Below are positions 47,236-58,802 of a stretch of 64,000 bases of DNA, piece by piece. Positions within the stretch are counted from its first letter, which is position 1, and each line of letters opens with the position of its first letter. Below the pieces are notes generated by a model, which worked only from the letters and a program-made list of their open reading frames with translations, had not been told where the DNA came from and did not search any database. Both the position numbers and the translations under genes were made by a program. This stretch comes from an uncultured Acidobacteriota bacterium (GTDB taxonomy: Bacteria > Acidobacteriota > JAQAZP01), in contig CAWIIB010000009.1 in the NCBI GenBank assembly GCA_963836075.1, positions 1,856,001 to 1,920,000 of the forward strand. Reading direction: 5' to 3'.

Positions 47236-48777
47236 TCACAGCGCCATGTTTCCGTGTTTTTTCTCCGGCCGGTGGTCCCGCTTCATCCGCCAGGTGCCCA
47301 GGGCCTCGATCAGCAGGCGCCTGGTCCAGGAGGGCCGGACCACGTCGTCGATGTGCAGCATCTCGGCCGCCTTGTAGGGGTTGGCGTGAACCCGCCGGTA
47401 CTCGGCGGCCTTTTCGCGAAGCAGCGCCTGGGGAGTGTCAGCCTGCTCCAGTTCCTTGCGGTGCAGAATCCTCGCCGCCCCCTCCGGCCCCATGACCGCC
47501 AGTTCCGCCGTTGGCCAGGCCAGCACATAGTCGGCGCCCATGTCGCGGGAACACATGGCGAGGTAAGCGCCACCGTAGGCCTTGCGCATGATCACCGTCA
47601 TCTTCGGGACGGTGGAGGCAGAGTAGGTGAAGAGCATCTTCGCACCGTGGCGGATGATGCCGCCCTGCTCCTGGGCCACGCCGGGGAGAAACCCGGGTAC
47701 GTCCACCAGGGTGACCAGGGGGATGTTGAACACGTTGCAGGTGCGGATGAAGCGGGACGCCTTGTCCGAAGCGTCGATGTCGAGGGCGCCGGCCAGGCTG
47801 CAGGGCTGGTTGGCCACGATCCCCACCACCATCCCCCCCATCCGGGCCAGGCCGATGACGATGTTCGGCGCGAAGGCCTCCTGGATCTCGAGAAAGTCGG
47901 CCCCGTCCACCAGCTTGGAGATCACCTCCCTGACGTCGTAGGCCTGGCGCGGGTCATCGGGGATCAGCCGGTCCAGTTCCTCATCATCTGTGACCTGGTC
48001 CTCGAAGGGCCGAGGCGGGGCGGATTCCAGGTTGTTCAGCGGCAGGAAGGAGAGGAGCCGCCGGGCGATCCTCAGCGCATCCTCGTCGTCAGAGGCAACG
48101 AAGTGGATATTCCCCGAGATGGCGGCGTGGGCCCGGGCCCCGCCCAGTTCTTCCTCGCCGATCACCTCCCCGGTGGCCGCCTTGATCACCTGCGGCCCGG
48201 TGATGAACATCCGGGCGGTGCCATCGACCATGATGATGAAGTCGGTCATCGCCGGCGAGTAAGCAGCGCCGCCAGCGCAGGGCCCGGCGATCACCGAGAT
48301 CTGCGGCACCACACCGGAGAGCAGGGTGTTGTGGTAGAAGATCTTCCCGTAGCCGGAGAGACCTTCCACCCCCTCCTGGATGCGGGCGCCGCCCGAGTCG
48401 TTGATGCCCAGAACCGGGACGCCGCACTTCAGCGCCTGCTGCATGATGTCCACGATCTTGGCCGCATGTCGTTCACCAACGGCGCCGCCGCCCACGGTGA
48501 AGTCCTGGGAGAAGGCGAAGACCGGGCGGTTGTCCACCTCGCCCTTGCCGGTGACCACCCCGTCGGCGGGCAGGTCTTTCCCGGCCAGGTCGGGGTGGCG
48601 ATGGCGGGCCCAGAGCCCCAGCTCGAGAAAGCTGTCCGGGTCAAAGAGCAGGTCCAGCCGTTCGCGAGCGCCGAGCTTTCCCGCCTGGTGCTGTTTCTCC
48701 AGCCGGTCCGCCCCGCCGCCGGCCTCGATGGCGGAACGCTTCCGGTCAAGATCTTCAAATCGATTCTGTTCATTCAT
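47236..48777 (-). CDS. acyl-CoA carboxyltransferase (methylmalonyl-CoA decarboxylase alpha-like)
   Basis: DSGGARIQEG, GPCAGGAAYSPA, DVPGFLPG, RKAYGGAY. Confidence 0.9.
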   Translation of the reverse strand: MNEQNRFEDLDRKRSAIEAGGGADRLEKQHQAGKLGARERLDLLFDPDSFLELGLWARHRHPDLAGKDLPADGVVTGKGEVDNRPVFAFSQDFTVGGGAVGERHAAKIVDIMQQALKCGVPVLGINDSGGARIQEGVEGLSGYGKIFYHNTLLSGVVPQISVIAGPCAGGAAYSPAMTDFIIMVDGTARMFITGPQVIKAATGEVIGEEELGGARAHAAISGNIHFVASDDEDALRIARRLLSFLPLNNLESAPPRPFEDQVTDDEELDRLIPDDPRQAYDVREVISKLVDGADFLEIQEAFAPNIVIGLARMGGMVVGIVANQPCSLAGALDIDASDKASRFIRTCNVFNIPLVTLVDVPGFLPGVAQEQGGIIRHGAKMLFTYSASTVPKMTVIMRKAYGGAYLAMCSRDMGADYVLAWPTAELAVMGPEGAARILHRKELEQADTPQALLREKAAEYRRVHANPYKAAEMLHIDDVVRPSWTRRLLIEALGTWRMKRDHRPEKKHGNMAL

Positions 48778-48788
48778 TGTTTGTACCG

Positions 48789-49304
48789 TCAGTCCACCGG
48801 AAGGAAGGAGGACTCCGCACCACCCGAGAAATCTTCCAGCTGGTCGAAGAACACCTTGGCGATGGACAGCACGCTGTCCTTCTGTTTGAGATACTCCCGG
48901 GCCAACTGGTCCTTGGCCGTGCCGAAGATGCCGGTCACCAGGCTGAGGTCCTTGAGCAACTGGTCCTTGTCCTCCACCTTGTGGGCGCAAATCTTCCAGG
49001 CATACTCCTCGAAGATATTGAGCGCCATCTGGATCTCATCCAGACCCAACCCTTCGCCGATCCTGGCCTGGGCGATGCCGATGATGTAGTCCACAAAGCA
49101 GCGGGGCGATCCTTCGACGGCCTCGAGGAACTTGTCCACCAGCGTCCCGCACCGTACGCGCAGAGCATCCACGTCCGCATTCCTGTAATGCGTTGCGGTG
49201 GAATTGCGGATCTGGGTCAGCACGGCCTCTCTCAATACATCCCGCTCGGCAGCCATCAGGTCATGGAGCCTTTCGTAAGTTATGTCGTTGATTTCATCGT
49301 TCAT
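48789..49304 (-). CDS. RsbRD_N-like helical domain protein, paralog 3
   Basis: STATHY...RIGEGLGLDEIQMALNIF...AKDQLAREYL. Confidence 0.65.
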   Translation of the reverse strand: MNDEINDITYERLHDLMAAERDVLREAVLTQIRNSTATHYRNADVDALRVRCGTLVDKFLEAVEGSPRCFVDYIIGIAQARIGEGLGLDEIQMALNIFEEYAWKICAHKVEDKDQLLKDLSLVTGIFGTAKDQLAREYLKQKDSVLSIAKVFFDQLEDFSGGAESSFLPVD

Positions 49305-49402
49305 TTTGATCACCCGTTTACGGCTCCGCACCCCGGAGGGGCTGGAACGTCCTGTTATTCGCCGCGGGCGGCATGCCCGGGCCGATCCTCGGCCGCTTTA
49401 AG

Positions 49403-49418
49403 AGCAAGGCCTGTGCCA
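49403..49418 (-). promoter_or_regulatory. sigma54 promoter of decarboxylase operon
   Basis: TGGCACAGGCCTTGCT; UAS GTTTCAAAATGCAAT at 49514. Confidence 0.85.
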
Positions 49419-49542
49419 TCTCACAGCATGCAATACAACCAATTCAATCTATTGCGGTTAAATGGAGAAGTGTGTTCGGACGAGGGAAAGGGCCGACCGG
49501 AATCGGTAGTAGCGTTTCAAAATGCAATGGCCGGGGAGCGCC

Positions 49543-51156
49543 TCAATCTTTCAGCTTGCGCCACAGAGTGGAGGGGCTGATGCCCAGGATGCGGGAGGCG
49601 GCCTGGCGGTTGCCCCCGGTGGATTCCAGAACCGCCCGGATGTAGTCCATCTCCAACGCGGCAAGGGTGCGGGTGGGAGAGAGGGACGGAGTCAGGACAC
49701 CGGCCGCGTGGTGCCGGATCTCCGGCGGCAGTGTATCCAGGCGGACGATCCCGTCGGTGCTCACCACTGCCGCCCGCTCGATGGCGTTCTCCAGTTCGCG
49801 GACATTCCCCGGCCAGGGGTAGCTCAGCAGCACGTCGATGCATGTGGCGTCCAGGTGCAGCTGGGGCAGGTTGAGCCCCTTGGCCAGCCGGGCGGCGATA
49901 TGGCGGGCCAGCGGGAGGATATCCTCCTGCCGCCGGCGCAGGGGCGGCACCTCGATCTCAACCACGCGCAGCCGGTAGAGCAGGTCCTCTCTGAACCGGC
50001 CTTCCCGCACCTCCTCGTCCAGGTGACGGTTGGTGGCGGTGATAATACGAACATCGACCTTCCGCGGGGTGCTCTCTCCCACGCGGAGCACTTCCCGCTC
50101 CTGGAGCACACGAAGGATCTTGACCTGCATGGCCGGGCTCACATCGCCGATCTCATCGAGAAAGACGGTTCCGCCGCCGGCCGCCTCGAAAAGCCCCGCC
50201 CGGTCGCGGATGGCGCCGGTAAACGACCCCGCCTTGTGCCCGAACAGCTCGCTCTCCAGCAGCGTTTCGGGCAATGCACCACAGTTGATTGCCACGAACG
50301 GTCCCGACTCACGGTGCGAGGCGTCGTGGATGTGGCGGGCCAGGACCTCCTTGCCCACTCCGGTCTCCCCGGTGACCATCACCGACGAGTCGAACTTGGC
50401 CACCCGCTCGGCCATTTCCATGACCCGCAGCAAGACCTGGCTCTTCGCCTCGGCCAGGAAGGGGCTGCCCTTCTTTCTCAGCGATTCCAGACGGTCACGA
50501 TGCCGGGCCAGCTCCCGCGATTTCTTCTTCAGTTCCTGGGTCAGGAGCGCCACTTTCCCCACGATGTCCTCAGCGCTAAAGTAGGGGAGGTACGGCTCGA
50601 TCCGCTCGCCCCAGTTCTCCCGGGTCTTTCCCATCGCGCAGCAGGACAACCCGCCGGACACCTGGCACCCTGTCTCGAGGAAGTAGACGTTGGTGTTGAG
50701 GCAGAAGGAAACATAGCCGCTCATATAGCCCACCAGCTTCCAGCATTCGGGGGTCTGGGAAGGACCGAGCACGGTCCGATGCTCCAGCGCCTCCACCGAG
50801 TCCTGCCAGGAAACTTCCATCTCCACCAGCCGGTTCGACTGGTCCAGCTCGAGTTTCAGGACACTGGTTTCAGCGATTCCCTCAATGGACTGCATCCGGC
50901 AACCGGCCTTGAGCAGTTCAGCGATGTCTTTCCACTGAAACACTCGCTTCATCGCCGCGGCATCGGCCTGGCCCCAGAAAAAACCGAACCGGGTGAACAC
51001 CCGCCGGGCGTTCTCCGGCCCCAGCATTTTCACCAGATCCTGCCGGAACTGGCCGAAGGCGTCGCTGGAGTGGAGAACCAGGCGTCGTCCATGCAGGCTG
51101 AGGTTGCCACTGGTGAACTGGACCAGTTCGTTGAGTTCAAGATCTTCAGCTTTCAT
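49543..51156 (-). CDS. XylR_N/V4R-domain sigma54 activator
   Basis: XylR-like N-term, V4R Cys (ETGC..C), GETGVGKE, GSFTGA, HTH. Confidence 0.9.
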   Translation of the reverse strand: MKAEDLELNELVQFTSGNLSLHGRRLVLHSSDAFGQFRQDLVKMLGPENARRVFTRFGFFWGQADAAAMKRVFQWKDIAELLKAGCRMQSIEGIAETSVLKLELDQSNRLVEMEVSWQDSVEALEHRTVLGPSQTPECWKLVGYMSGYVSFCLNTNVYFLETGCQVSGGLSCCAMGKTRENWGERIEPYLPYFSAEDIVGKVALLTQELKKKSRELARHRDRLESLRKKGSPFLAEAKSQVLLRVMEMAERVAKFDSSVMVTGETGVGKEVLARHIHDASHRESGPFVAINCGALPETLLESELFGHKAGSFTGAIRDRAGLFEAAGGGTVFLDEIGDVSPAMQVKILRVLQEREVLRVGESTPRKVDVRIITATNRHLDEEVREGRFREDLLYRLRVVEIEVPPLRRRQEDILPLARHIAARLAKGLNLPQLHLDATCIDVLLSYPWPGNVRELENAIERAAVVSTDGIVRLDTLPPEIRHHAAGVLTPSLSPTRTLAALEMDYIRAVLESTGGNRQAASRILGISPSTLWRKLKD

Positions 51157-51335
51157 CCCGCCACCATTTCATTTTGAAATTCAGTTGTTTCATTTTACAA
51201 CATATTCTGATCTCCGGGAAAGGGAAATGTTGTTTGGATAACGGACTCCCCGGAACGCTGTACCCGGAAAAACGTCAACCAGACCAGCCTCTCCCCACCG
51301 GTGGGGGTGCCTTCAATGTGCCGATCCCCCCATGC

Positions 51336-51351
51336 TGGCATCTGATTTGCT
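51336..51351 (+). promoter_or_regulatory. sigma54 promoter
   Basis: TGGCATCTGATTTGCT; UAS at 51166 and 51187. Confidence 0.8.
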
Positions 51352-51429
51352 TTTGACAAAGGTGCCCCCTTGATTGTCGGGGGCATCGGCAGGGGGGCGA
51401 ACGATGGGAACCTGATTGATGAGGATCGG

Positions 51430-52209
51430 ATGATGAGCAGACCGGAAACGAAACACGAAGATTTTCTCACCTGTGTCCTGCGGGAGGGAATCGCGGTGCT
51501 GACCCTGGAGGGGGGAGCCCTGGACATCACCACCAGCCACAGGGGCAGGGACAATTTCCTCGCCCTGATCTCGGGGGTGGAGCAGGAAGAGAAGGCCCGG
51601 GCCCTGCTGATCATCAATTCGTCGGCATACGCCGGGGTGCAGGGACAGCGAACATTTTTCGAGCAGCTCACCGGCCGGTCTGGCATTTCGGCGGCGGAAA
51701 GGGAGCGGCTGCTCTCCCTGGAAGAGCATGCCCGCTACCGGATTCTGGTGCGGCTGATGGGCTTTCGGAAGCCGGTGGTGGGGGCGATGCAGGGTGAAAT
51801 CGCTTCACCCTTCTTTGGTCTGAGCCTCGCCTTTCCCCTGCGCCTGGCCGCTGATGACATGTCGGTCCGTTTCCCCCGGATGGAACACGGCTTCCCTCCC
51901 GGCTGGCCCCTCGGCCTGTTCCTGCCGCGATACGTGGGCCAGGGCCGGGCGGCGGAGATGATGCTCTCCGGCCGGCCGGTGGGGGCGGCCACCCTGCTGG
52001 AAATGGGTCTGCTCCACGAAATCGTCACGGCGGACTCGTTCCAGACCCGCTGTGTGGAGCGAACGGTGGAACTGTGCCGCCAGCCAGGGTTTCAGGTCAC
52101 GGGCATCAACCGGATGCTCCTGCCGGACCCGACGGAGATCTCCAACTGCTTTAACAAGTCGATGACGATCATGAATAAAGCGCTCCATGCGGCGCGGAGA
52201 GGTGAGTGA
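51430..52209 (+). CDS. enoyl-CoA hydratase/crotonase-fold protein (degenerate)
   Basis: KPVVGAMQG, LPRYVGQGRAAEMMLSG, EMGLLHEIV. Confidence 0.8.
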   Translation: MMSRPETKHEDFLTCVLREGIAVLTLEGGALDITTSHRGRDNFLALISGVEQEEKARALLIINSSAYAGVQGQRTFFEQLTGRSGISAAERERLLSLEEHARYRILVRLMGFRKPVVGAMQGEIASPFFGLSLAFPLRLAADDMSVRFPRMEHGFPPGWPLGLFLPRYVGQGRAAEMMLSGRPVGAATLLEMGLLHEIVTADSFQTRCVERTVELCRQPGFQVTGINRMLLPDPTEISNCFNKSMTIMNKALHAARRGE

Positions 52210-52982
52210 TGACCGACAACAAGCGATTTCTGGTGGACGTGGGGATGAAGGACCTGCCTTTCCCCATGCGGGTTGCCTCGAGGAGGGATCCGGAGGGACA
52301 GGCCACCGTGGCCGGTATTTCAATATCCGCGCGGATCATGCAGGAGTTCGAGGCCCGCTGGATCGACAGGTTCATCAATGTGCTGCACCAGCACCGTGAA
52401 CGTATTGGCACGGATTTCCTCCGCACCAATATCCACGACTACCGGGACGAACTGAAAGCCAGTGCCATCCGAATCGACTTTTGCTACCCGTACTTTGTCG
52501 AGAAAATCGCGCCGTTCTCGGGGGAGCCATGCCTCGTCCAGCATCCATGCACTTACTCGGCCAGGATGACGACGGTTGATGAAACACCGAAGATCCGATT
52601 TGGCATCGAGATTCCCTGTATCACCACCTATCCCGGATCGGCTACGGCAGAGTCCGGCGGTCTTTTTGGCCAGTTGAGCTCGGTGGCCATCGAGGTCGAG
52701 TCCGGAGAGGAACTTTATCCTGAAGACCTGGTGGAACTTGTGGACCGCAATGCACTGGCCCCGGTTTACTCCTTCCTGCGCACCGCGGACCAGGAATTCA
52801 TCATCCGCAAGATCCACACCGATCAGGTTTCCAGCGTGGTGATGACCGACGCCATCCGCGAAGAACTTGCCCGGGACAGCCGGGTGGACTGGTACTCGGT
52901 GAATACCACAAATTCCGGCATGCTCCATACCTACAGCACCATCGTCGGCACCGAAAAGAGCCAGTGGGTCCCCTATAGCTGA
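52209..52982 (+). CDS. GTP cyclohydrolase IB (FolE2)-like protein, divergent
   Basis: VGMKDLPFP, YFVEKIAP, PVYSFLR..DQ fold motifs; catalytic motifs altered. Confidence 0.75.
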   Translation: MTDNKRFLVDVGMKDLPFPMRVASRRDPEGQATVAGISISARIMQEFEARWIDRFINVLHQHRERIGTDFLRTNIHDYRDELKASAIRIDFCYPYFVEKIAPFSGEPCLVQHPCTYSARMTTVDETPKIRFGIEIPCITTYPGSATAESGGLFGQLSSVAIEVESGEELYPEDLVELVDRNALAPVYSFLRTADQEFIIRKIHTDQVSSVVMTDAIREELARDSRVDWYSVNTTNSGMLHTYSTIVGTEKSQWVPYS

Positions 52983-53131
52983 TTCCCCCGACGCCAGAGC
53001 TTTTTGCCCGGGGGGGTGCAGTCCCCGCCAAATTTCTGTAAAATAATGGGCCCTGTGGAAGCCGGCCGCCGGCGGCGCGGCTTGTGGTGATGTACCGGAA
53101 AACCGTTGACCGTAACCAGGAGTGACGGACA

Positions 53132-55879
<2,748 letters not shown>

Positions 55880-55915
55880 AAGAAGACGACACCAAGTAAG
55901 AGGAGTCCCGAGACA

Positions 55916-57157
55916 ATGGCCGAGGTCAAGATACCGGAAGTGGGCGAATCGATCACCGAGGGGATCCTGGTGGAGTGGATTGCCGCCGACGGGGCGATGG
56001 TCAAGGTTGACGACCCGCTCTTCGTCCTGGAGACGGACAAGATCACCATGGACGTGGCCACCGAGGTCGCCGGGAAGCTGGCCATCCAGGTGCCCGCCGG
56101 TGAGACGGTGACCATCGGGCAGATCGTGGGGACCATCGACACCGTGGCGAGCGACGATACGGCCGCAGCCCCGGCCGCGGCTGAAGCAGCGCCGGCAGCC
56201 CAGGCTGCCCCGGCGGCAGAGGTGAGTGACGACCTGGCCCCGGCGGTGCGGCGGCTGGTGGCTGAGCACAATCTCGATCCTGCGGCGATCAGCGGCACGG
56301 GCAAGGGCGGCCGGATCACCAAGGAGAATGTGCTGGCCCATCTGGCGAAACCGGCAGCTCCGGCAGCGGCCGCGCCTGCCGCGCCCGCAATGCCCGAAGC
56401 CGCACCCCTCGACACACCGGCGGTCCCGCGGCCCGCCGGCCCGGTCACCTCGGCCGACGGCCGGGAGACCCGCGAGCCGATGACCTCGCTGCGCAAGCGG
56501 GTGGCCGAACGGCTGCTCCTGGCCCAGCAGAGCGCCGCCATCCTCACCACTTTCAACGAACTGGACATGAGCGCGGTGATGGCCCTGCGCAAGGAGCGGC
56601 AGGAGGCCTTCCAGCAGAAGTTCGGCATCAAGCTCGGATTCATGTCCTTCTTCATCAAGGCCACGGTGGAAGCGCTGCGCACCGTGCCGGCGATCAATGC
56701 CCGCGTGGAGGGCGAGGATATCGTCCACAACCACTACTTCGACATCGGCGTGGCGGTGGGCACCGAGAAAGGACTGGTGGTGCCGGTGATCCGCGCCGCC
56801 GACCAGCTGAGTTACGACGGTGTGGAAAAAGCCATTGCCGACGTGGCCGGCCGGGCCCGGGACCGCAAGCTGACGCTCAACGACCTCAGCGGCGGGGTGT
56901 TCAGCGTCTCCAACGGCGGGATCTACGGCAACATGATGAGCACACCGATCATCAACCCGCCCCAGAGCGGCATCCTGGGGATGCATGCCATCAAAAAGCG
57001 GGCGGTGGTGGTGGATGACGAGATCGTGGTGCGGCCGATGATGTATGTCGCCCTCTCCTACGACCACCGGCTGGTGGACGGCAAGGAAGCCGTGACCTTC
57101 CTCAAGACCGTCGTCGACTACGTGGAGAACCCCGACCCGGCCCTGCTCGGGCTCTGA
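55916..57157 (+). CDS. sucB: dihydrolipoamide succinyltransferase E2
   Basis: Lipoyl ETDK, E3-binding GTGKGGRITK, SYDHRLVDG. Confidence 0.97.
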   Translation: MAEVKIPEVGESITEGILVEWIAADGAMVKVDDPLFVLETDKITMDVATEVAGKLAIQVPAGETVTIGQIVGTIDTVASDDTAAAPAAAEAAPAAQAAPAAEVSDDLAPAVRRLVAEHNLDPAAISGTGKGGRITKENVLAHLAKPAAPAAAAPAAPAMPEAAPLDTPAVPRPAGPVTSADGRETREPMTSLRKRVAERLLLAQQSAAILTTFNELDMSAVMALRKERQEAFQQKFGIKLGFMSFFIKATVEALRTVPAINARVEGEDIVHNHYFDIGVAVGTEKGLVVPVIRAADQLSYDGVEKAIADVAGRARDRKLTLNDLSGGVFSVSNGGIYGNMMSTPIINPPQSGILGMHAIKKRAVVVDDEIVVRPMMYVALSYDHRLVDGKEAVTFLKTVVDYVENPDPALLGL

Positions 57158-57172
57158 TGGAGACAAGAGAAC

Positions 57173-58564
57173 ATGGACAGCTTTGATTTTGCCGTCATCG
57201 GCGCCGGGCCCGGAGGCTACGTCGCCGCCATCCGTGCCGCCCAGCTGGGAATGAAGGTGGCGCTGATCGAAGAGCGGGACAAACTCGGCGGGACCTGCCT
57301 CAACGTGGGCTGTGTGCCCTCCAAGGCGCTGCTGGAATCGAGCGAGCTGTTCCAGGTCACCCGCGACCATCTGGGTGAGCATGGCATCAGCGCGGCCGGT
57401 GTGGAACTGGACCTGGCAAAGATGCTGGAGCGCAAGTCACGCATCGTCACCGAGGTCACCGACGGCCTGGGCCTGCTGATGAAGAAGAACAAAATCACCG
57501 TGATCAACGGCCGCGGCGCCCTGGCCGGCGACAAGAAGATCAGGGTGGAGGGCCCGGACGGGACCACCGAGCTGGAGGCGACCGCCATCGTGCTGGCCAT
57601 GGGCAGCGTGCCGGTGGAACTGCCCGGCCTGCCCTTTGACGGCAAGAAGATCATCTCCTCCACCGAGGCCCTGGAGCTCACCGAGGTGCCGGGCCGCATG
57701 GTGGTGGTGGGCGGCGGGGCCATCGGCCTCGAGCTGGGCAGCGTCTGGAAACGCCTGGGCGCCGAGGTCACAGTGGTTGAACTGCTGCCCCGCATCGCCA
57801 TCTTCGCCGACGTCCAGCTGAGCAAAGGGCTGAAGAAAGAGCTGGGCAAGCAGGGCATGGAGATCCTGCTGGAGAGCAAGGTCACTGCCGCCGACACCAG
57901 TGGCAAGGAGATCAAGGTCACCGTGGCCGGCAAGGACGGCGAAAGCGAACTGACCTGCGACACCCTGCTGGTGGCCGTGGGCCGCAAGCCCTGCACCGGC
58001 ACCGCCGGTCTGGATGAGGCGGGGGTGGAACTGGAGCAGGGCCGGGTCAAGGTGGACGGCCAGTGGCGCACCTCGGTGCCCGGCATCTACGCCATCGGTG
58101 ACCTGATCCACGGCCCCATGCTGGCCCACAAGGCCGAGGACGAGGGCATGGCCGTGGCCGAGCTGGCCGCCGGCCAGCCGGGCCACGTCAACTACGACGT
58201 GATTCCCAACGTGATCTACACCATGCCCGAACTGGCCCAGGTGGGCCTCACCGAGAAAGAGGCCAAGGACCAGGGCCTCAAGGTCAAGGTGGGCCGTTCC
58301 TACTTCAAGGCCAACGCCCGGGCCAAGAGCCTGGCCGAAGAGGAGGGGCTGGTTAAAGTCATCGCCCACGCCGAGACCGACCGCATCCTCGGGGTGCATA
58401 TCCTCGGCGCCCGGGCCTCGGACATGATCGCCGAGGCGGTGGTGGCCATGGAGTTCCAGGCCTCGTCCGAGGACATCGTCCGCACCTGCCACGCCCACCC
58501 CACGCTGTCCGAGATCTTCCGCGAGGCGGCCATGGCTGTGGACCGCAGGTCGATCCACGGGTAG
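57173..58564 (+). CDS. lpdA: dihydrolipoamide dehydrogenase E3
   Basis: [21 protein letters not shown]. Confidence 0.97.
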   Translation: MDSFDFAVIGAGPGGYVAAIRAAQLGMKVALIEERDKLGGTCLNVGCVPSKALLESSELFQVTRDHLGEHGISAAGVELDLAKMLERKSRIVTEVTDGLGLLMKKNKITVINGRGALAGDKKIRVEGPDGTTELEATAIVLAMGSVPVELPGLPFDGKKIISSTEALELTEVPGRMVVVGGGAIGLELGSVWKRLGAEVTVVELLPRIAIFADVQLSKGLKKELGKQGMEILLESKVTAADTSGKEIKVTVAGKDGESELTCDTLLVAVGRKPCTGTAGLDEAGVELEQGRVKVDGQWRTSVPGIYAIGDLIHGPMLAHKAEDEGMAVAELAAGQPGHVNYDVIPNVIYTMPELAQVGLTEKEAKDQGLKVKVGRSYFKANARAKSLAEEEGLVKVIAHAETDRILGVHILGARASDMIAEAVVAMEFQASSEDIVRTCHAHPTLSEIFREAAMAVDRRSIHG

Positions 58565-58674
58565 GGGGGCCCGCACTCGCTGCTTGCCCGCGCCTGCCTG
58601 ACGGTGACCGCAAAAGGGCTCCGTCACGAAAGCCGCGAGTGTGGGGTCTGTTCCCCACGTTTCCGATCCGTCAC
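58408..58674 (+). repeat. direct repeat A: lpdA 3' end plus downstream stem-loop
   Basis: 267 bp, similar to 60257-60523 (offset 1849). Confidence 0.95.
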
Positions 58675-58802
58675 CCGTGGTTGACACGACCCCGTCAATG
58701 CCTTCAGCTTATTGACCGGTCTGACCCCCGGCCGGCCGGATGATGGGGTAATCGTTGCGGCTTCCTTGCGACGGACTCAATTATGGAACAACACCAGGAT
58801 CA

